From Minisyncoccota bacterium (GTDB lineage: Bacteria > Patescibacteriota > Minisyncoccia > Phycocordibacterales > UBA6065), in assembly GCA_035546035.1 (NCBI GenBank), contig DASZXC010000008.1, positions 188,265 to 252,264 of the forward strand: 64,000 nt of DNA, read 5' to 3'. Positions 58,916-64,000 of this stretch are shown here, one piece after another. A model generated the notes under the pieces. That model had not been told where the DNA came from and made no database searches. It was given only the letters and a program-made list of their open reading frames with translations. Within the stretch, counting starts at the first letter, position 1; every line of letters starts with the position of its first letter. The translations under genes were made by a program, and so were the position numbers.

Positions 58916-59221
58916 ATGATAACCCGCGCCGATATAGACAAGCTTTCCGCGCTCTCGCGGCTCAAGCTCACCGAAGACGAGGCCGTACGCATGCAGGGCG
59001 ATATGACCTCGATTTTGGCATATGTAGATAAGCTGAAGGCGGCTGTGGGGACGGAAACGGGCCCGATCATGTCGGCGAACAAGAACGTCATGCGCGAGGA
59101 CGCCGACCCGCATCAGAGCGGCGAATTCACCGACAGGCTGGTCGCTCTCGCTCCGCGGCGCGAGACGACGAAAGAGGGGAGTTTCGTCAAAGTGAAGAAG
59201 ATACTCGGCGGATCGCAATAA
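58916..59221 (+). CDS. gatC: Asp/Glu-tRNA amidotransferase subunit C
   Basis: About 100 aa with a GatC-like N-terminus; immediately upstream of gatA. Confidence 0.75.
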   Translation: MITRADIDKLSALSRLKLTEDEAVRMQGDMTSILAYVDKLKAAVGTETGPIMSANKNVMREDADPHQSGEFTDRLVALAPRRETTKEGSFVKVKKILGGSQ

Positions 59222-59222
59222 T

Positions 59223-60641
59223 ATGATCGATATCGCCAATCTCACCATCAAAAAAGCGCATGAAGCTCTTGTACGGGGCGATTTCACCGTGCGCGACCTC
59301 GCCAAAGCATATTTGGAGGAGATCAAGAAAAAAGACGCCGATATCCATGCGTATCTCGAGGTCTATGAAGACGTCATGAAACAGGCTGACGAGGCGCAGA
59401 AGAAGGTCTCGGCTGAAAACGCGCTGGCTGGTATCCCTATCGCGGTGAAAGACAACATTATGATCGAAGGCAGGCGCGCGCAGTCCGCGTCGAAGATGCT
59501 CGAAGGCTATGTAGCTCCCTATGATGCGACGGCTATCAAGAAATTGAAGGAAGCGGGCGTCGTATTTATCGGTCGCGCGAATATGGATGAATTCGCCATG
59601 GGCGGCTCGACGGAGAACTCTGCGTACGGGGCGACTAAGAACCCTCATGACCTCGCGAGGGTCGCGGGAGGATCGTCGGGAGGATCGGCTGCCGCCGTAG
59701 GCGGCGGCCTAGCCCTGGCTGCGCTCGGCTCTGACACCGGCGGCTCGGTCCGCCAGCCCGCGTCGTATTGCGGCGTGGTCGGCCTTAAACCGACCTATGG
59801 CTCTATCTCGCGCCATGGCCTCATGGCTATGGGCTCGTCCCTCGATATCATCGGCCCTCTGACAAAAACCGTCGCCGATGCCGAAATCCTTTTCGACGCT
59901 ATGAAGGGAAAAGACCGCTATGACTCGACCTCTATCGACCCGATGCCTGAAAAGCCGGCGACGAAGAGGCTGGTCATCGGCATTCCGCGCCACTTCCTCA
60001 AGGGTGATGGCATCGATCCCGAAGTCATGCGCGCCTTCGAAGCGTCCGTCGAGAGATTCCGCAGCATGGGCTATGAGATCCGCGACGTCGAGCTTCCGAA
60101 TATCGAATACTCTCTCGCCGTCTACTATGTCCTCATGCCTGCAGAGGTATCTACGAACCTTGCGCGTTTCGACGGCGTAAAATACGGATTCCACAAGGAC
60201 GGCAAAGACCTTCTTGAAGACTACCTTCTCTCGCGCGGCGAAGGCTTCGGCCGCGAAGCGCGCCGCCGAATCATGCTCGGCGCCTACGTGCTTTCCTCCG
60301 GCTATTACGATGCCTATTACAACAAAGCATCCGCCGTGCGCGAGCTCCTCAAGCGCGATTTCGCTGACGCGTTCAAATCTGTAGATGCCATCCTCATCCC
60401 GACCGCTCCCGCCCCTGCGTTCAAGATAGGGGAGAAGGTCTCGGACCCGGTCGCTATGTATCTTGAGGACATATTCACCGTCACGGCGAACCTCGTCGGC
60501 GTGCCGGCCATATCCATTCCCGCAGGCGTCAAAAACGAAGGTAGCAAATCGCTCCCGATAGGCATCCAGCTCCTCGCCGATATGCGCCGCGAAGACGTCC
60601 TTTTCGCCCTCGGCAAGAAATTCCTCGGCGAGGTAGAATAA
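59223..60641 (+). CDS. gatA: Asp/Glu-tRNA amidotransferase subunit A (amidase)
   Basis: Amidase signature GGSSGGSAAAVGGGLALAALGSDTGGSVRQPASYCG. Confidence 0.9.
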   Translation: MIDIANLTIKKAHEALVRGDFTVRDLAKAYLEEIKKKDADIHAYLEVYEDVMKQADEAQKKVSAENALAGIPIAVKDNIMIEGRRAQSASKMLEGYVAPYDATAIKKLKEAGVVFIGRANMDEFAMGGSTENSAYGATKNPHDLARVAGGSSGGSAAAVGGGLALAALGSDTGGSVRQPASYCGVVGLKPTYGSISRHGLMAMGSSLDIIGPLTKTVADAEILFDAMKGKDRYDSTSIDPMPEKPATKRLVIGIPRHFLKGDGIDPEVMRAFEASVERFRSMGYEIRDVELPNIEYSLAVYYVLMPAEVSTNLARFDGVKYGFHKDGKDLLEDYLLSRGEGFGREARRRIMLGAYVLSSGYYDAYYNKASAVRELLKRDFADAFKSVDAILIPTAPAPAFKIGEKVSDPVAMYLEDIFTVTANLVGVPAISIPAGVKNEGSKSLPIGIQLLADMRREDVLFALGKKFLGEVE

Positions 60642-60657
60642 AGGGAGCACACATCCC

Positions 60658-61239
60658 ATGGACAGCGTCACATTTCTCAACGTCGAATACATATACCTCC
60701 GTATCGTCGACTTCTTCAAGAACTTCGATATCATCGCGATCCTCAACTGGATCATCCATTACATAAACCTCATCAAGCCGATCGCGATCATCGTCTCGCT
60801 CTTCATATTCTTCGTCATCCTCTATTCACACATGCGCCTGCGCCAGATAGGGAAGGAAGAGAAGGAAAAATTCGAAGCCAGGAAGCTGAAGGCGACCGCC
60901 CCTGAAGAGCATCACGACGAAGATCTAAGCAAGCGCTGGCATCAGGTCCTGACCCATATCAATTCGAACAATCCGTCGGACTGGAGGCTCGCGATCCTCG
61001 AGGCGGATATTATGCTCGATGACATTTTGGAAAAGCAGGGCTATCAGGGCGATTCGATCGGGGACAAATTGAAGGGCGTCCAAAAGGGCGATTTCCTAAC
61101 TATCGAGCAGGCCTGGACGGCGCATAAGGTGCGAAACCAGATAGCCCACCAGGGAACCGACTATCAGCTGAACGAGCGCGAAGCCAAGCAGGTCATAGAC
61201 CTCTACAAGCAGGTTTTCAGCGAGTTCTATCATATATAG
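60658..61239 (+). CDS. membrane-anchored protein with a DUF4145/HEPN-like C-terminal region
   Basis: N-terminal TM helix, then a C-terminal ...AILEADIMLDDIL...KVRNQIAHQG (an R-x4-H HEPN-like motif). Confidence 0.35.
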   Translation: MDSVTFLNVEYIYLRIVDFFKNFDIIAILNWIIHYINLIKPIAIIVSLFIFFVILYSHMRLRQIGKEEKEKFEARKLKATAPEEHHDEDLSKRWHQVLTHINSNNPSDWRLAILEADIMLDDILEKQGYQGDSIGDKLKGVQKGDFLTIEQAWTAHKVRNQIAHQGTDYQLNEREAKQVIDLYKQVFSEFYHI

Positions 61240-61342
61240 GGCTAAGGTCGGCCGCAGGATACCCCTTGATTCTAACTTTCACAGGTGGTATAATTGTCCT
61301 TACCTCGCATTAGGGACGTAGTACTACTGGAGGTCCAATATC

Positions 61343-61416
<74 letters not shown>

Positions 61417-61510
61417 AAGTCAGTGAGGCCTATCAAAGTGGGTCGAACAGGCAAAAAGCACCTGAAAGGGTGCTTTTTGTTTTTAGAAAACAGTACGGTT
61501 ATCAAGATGT

Positions 61511-62530
61511 ATGCTAGACTTACGTCATAATTCGTGGCCAAGATCAATGGAAGATGTAACTAAGAAATATCCAAATACTCCAAGAGGGGTAGATCTAAAA
61601 AAGATTTGCCTTAATCCGAACTTCGGCGATCTAACTTTTTCTGTATCACTTCCGATCTTGGAAAAGATGCAATCCGATGTTGTTGAGCTTGAAGATTTGG
61701 ACTACAAGCAATATCTCACTGATAGCGAGATAAATCAGATCACTAACGCTGTTAATACATATAACAACTATATTCAGCAAATACAGAGCTTTACTCTTAG
61801 TCAGGGGAATCCAAAACAGACGAGAGATAACATTGAGAATAGTATAAAGAGTTTCTATCAGAACTCTTTTGCTCAGCAAACAAGAAACTCACTAATTTAT
61901 CTCCGGCAGCAGGTAAAACTCGATGATAGAACACAGAAGGATCTTCAACAGGCTGTTGTTAACGCAAGGAAGATTGAGAAAGAGTTGAATGATCGTTTGT
62001 CTAGAATAAAAAAAGACGAGGAATCAGTATCAAAGAAAGCCGGAATAGTCTCAAGCAAGTATCTTTCTCAGGTGTTTAGAGAAGCGGCAGAGAGATCGCA
62101 AACAAGAGTTGCAAAGTGGTTCAAGGCCATAATCATCTTCTCAATTTTGCTTGCAATCGTCGCAGGTCTACTTTTCTACATATATGTAACGTCAATACAG
62201 GCAAGTGATGTAAATATAAAAACAGAATTCACAATTTTCAGCGTCCTCTTGATTGCTATTAGCTTTTATATACTTCGATTTTGCGTTAGGAACTTCAATG
62301 TTCTTAATCATCTCATTGAGTCAAACAAACATAGGGCAAATGTCGCTGAAACACTTGAGGCTTTCATCACTTCGGGAAATGGCGATTTAGATATTAAGGC
62401 TGCCTTATTGAAAGAAGCAGCCCCTGCTATGTTTGCTGCCGATTCAACAGGCTATCTTACTAAGGATCAGATGGAGATTTCCTCTCCAGTTCAAGAGTTG
62501 ATCACGACTTTTGTCTCTGATAAAAAATAA
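61511..62530 (+). CDS. hypothetical protein: N-terminal coiled-coil soluble domain, 2 TM helices, C-terminal tail (low-GC gene)
   Basis: 339-aa ORF with markedly lower GC than its neighbours. Confidence 0.4.
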   Translation: MLDLRHNSWPRSMEDVTKKYPNTPRGVDLKKICLNPNFGDLTFSVSLPILEKMQSDVVELEDLDYKQYLTDSEINQITNAVNTYNNYIQQIQSFTLSQGNPKQTRDNIENSIKSFYQNSFAQQTRNSLIYLRQQVKLDDRTQKDLQQAVVNARKIEKELNDRLSRIKKDEESVSKKAGIVSSKYLSQVFREAAERSQTRVAKWFKAIIIFSILLAIVAGLLFYIYVTSIQASDVNIKTEFTIFSVLLIAISFYILRFCVRNFNVLNHLIESNKHRANVAETLEAFITSGNGDLDIKAALLKEAAPAMFAADSTGYLTKDQMEISSPVQELITTFVSDKK

Positions 62531-62532
62531 AG

Positions 62533-62916
62533 ATGAGCAGAGAAATCTTTGAAGATAAGCGTAAACACGGTCTAGATGTTGAATTAGATTTCTTCAACAA
62601 ATGGTCAGTTCTCTCTGGCGGAACCTTTTCACTTCTTATTCCACTGGTTCAAAGCCTGGATAGATTGATTATCTTTAGGTATTTGCTAACCATTGGGGCA
62701 ATAAGTGTTTTGATCTCCTTACTCTCTTCTGTGCTGGGTCTTTTCTCTGCTACAGAATGGATTCGCAGAATAGATTTTTCATGGCCCAACTTTCCGACCG
62801 ATAGAGTATTCAAGTTTTTTCGCAGTTTAAAAAACTGGTCACGTATAATTGCACTTTTGGCATATATAATTGGCGTTGTGTTTATTGCTTTGTTTATTAA
62901 TAAAAATATTTTTTGA
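62533..62916 (+). CDS. hypothetical small polytopic membrane protein (low-GC; operonic with the previous gene)
   Basis: 127 aa with 3-4 TM helices. The start codon lies 3 nt after the previous stop. Confidence 0.4.
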   Translation: MSREIFEDKRKHGLDVELDFFNKWSVLSGGTFSLLIPLVQSLDRLIIFRYLLTIGAISVLISLLSSVLGLFSATEWIRRIDFSWPNFPTDRVFKFFRSLKNWSRIIALLAYIIGVVFIALFINKNIF

Positions 62917-63048
62917 CCTACCGAGACCCCTAAATCCCAAACCTCCGAAAGAGCCTAAATATCCTTACGGTGTCTGACCCCAGTCAGTACGAGACCGAGG
63001 TGCGCAACAAGAAAGCAAAAACCGCTCAAGATAAAATCTGGGCGGTTT

Positions 63049-63351
63049 TTGCTACACTTACCTGATATGAAAGCCCGCAATTCGGAGGCAGTGAAAAGAT
63101 TCCAGGATATACCGAACATCGGACCGGCCATGGCCGCTGATTTTAAGCTTCTCGGCCTTACGGATCCATCGGATCTAAAAGGGAATGACCCTTTCGCACT
63201 TTACAAGCGTCTGTGCGCGCTGACCGGATCCGTTCAAGACCCATGCGTGCTAGACACCTACATGGCCGCCATAGATTTCATGAACGGTGCCCCGGCAAGG
63301 CCGTGGTGGCACTATACTCCCGAGAGGAAGAAGAGATATTCTCGAGAGTAG
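63049..63351 (+). CDS. helix-hairpin-helix DNA-binding small protein (TfoX-C / Cdd1-like)
   Basis: DIPNIGPAMAADFKLLG HhH motif. Confidence 0.4.
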   Translation: MLHLPDMKARNSEAVKRFQDIPNIGPAMAADFKLLGLTDPSDLKGNDPFALYKRLCALTGSVQDPCVLDTYMAAIDFMNGAPARPWWHYTPERKKRYSRE

Positions 63352-63365
63352 CGAATCGGCCGTAT

Positions 63366-63857
63366 TTATCCCTTCCCCTGAAGCGTCACGCCGCTCGCAT
63401 TCTGATGGACGTCGAAGGTGAATCGATAGTCCTGGTCGGCGATCTTGGTGCTCGCGACTGCCTGCGGCTCGACAGAGATGAGCGATACGGTATATGCATC
63501 TATCGGCGTCGTGCTGCCGAGGCTTATAACGTCCTGTTGAGAGCCGCCGCTATCCAATACCGATCGGACGACGACGCGGACCGTTCCCGCCCATATGCAC
63601 TGGACGCCTGCCGCGCAGCGGCTGTCTTCGGAGACCGAGAGGGGAATGATCGTAATGCCCGGAAAGACCGCTTCCTGACCCAAGCCGACCGTAGCCGTGC
63701 CGTACGGATTGACCATGCTCGTTCCTGAAGGCGTAGAAGTCGAGCTCGGCGTCGTCGAGGCGCCGCGCGTATTCCAGAAATATATGCTTAATCCGACGAG
63801 AATCACTATGAGGACGACCACTGCCCACATCCCATAGTTCTTTTGGTTGTTGTCCAT
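63366..63857 (-). CDS. hypothetical membrane-anchored secreted protein
   Basis: N-terminal TM helix, then a Ser/Thr-rich linker and a beta-rich domain. Confidence 0.4.
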   Translation of the reverse strand: MDNNQKNYGMWAVVVLIVILVGLSIYFWNTRGASTTPSSTSTPSGTSMVNPYGTATVGLGQEAVFPGITIIPLSVSEDSRCAAGVQCIWAGTVRVVVRSVLDSGGSQQDVISLGSTTPIDAYTVSLISVEPQAVASTKIADQDYRFTFDVHQNASGVTLQGKG

Positions 63858-64000
63858 ATTTTATTAAGCTATTTATACAGATACTACAGGAAATCGAGGC
63901 CGGATTGTTTCAAATTATAAAAGCGCTTCTGGGCGGAGAAGCGCTTTTATCTGATCACTATTAGAAGGACACATAGGTATTACGGAGCAGGAGGCGTTTT

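Overview
High-GC bacterial window, gene content suggestive of a Patescibacteria/CPR-like lineage (inference only). It has a conserved backbone and a roughly 32-kb mosaic accessory region inserted after tRNA-Ser(GCT).

Backbone:
- Left edge: recG (partial, minus strand), an HhH-GPD glycosylase and an ABC-2 exporter, then tRNA-Ser(GCT).
- Right part: a ComF-like gene and a complete type IV pilus locus (pilM/N/O/B, a receiver domain, pilT/C, three pilins, pilD, four minor pilins).
- After that come ligA, a 1555-aa repeat-rich surface protein, gatC/gatA and an initiator-type tRNA-Met.

Accessory region (about 3.95-35.4 kb):
- A defence-island-like segment: a GNAT/P-loop kinase fusion, a Shedu-like DUF4263 nuclease, a PD-(D/E)xK protein, an IS256-family element and an APH-like kinase.
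- Two paralogous large serine recombinases, each heading a phage-like module (terminase small/large subunits, ParB-methyltransferase fusions).
- Module 1 carries a complete diversity-generating retroelement (DGR): a DGR-type reverse transcriptase, an Avd gene, a template repeat, and a target gene whose C-terminal variable repeat differs from the template at 17 positions, all template adenines. The RT reading frame is interrupted by a (CT)19 dinucleotide repeat, which looks like a phase-variable on/off switch or an assembly error.
- Module 1 also carries a compact CBASS-like operon: a LexA-like repressor, an HNH-SAVED effector (Cap5-like), a CD-NTase and an E2-like protein.
- Other unexplained structure: an array of small minus-strand genes sharing a conserved, covarying 3' stem-loop and a palindromic 5' leader; direct repeats flanking the second recombinase module; and a low-GC two-gene membrane cassette next to the initiator tRNA-Met.
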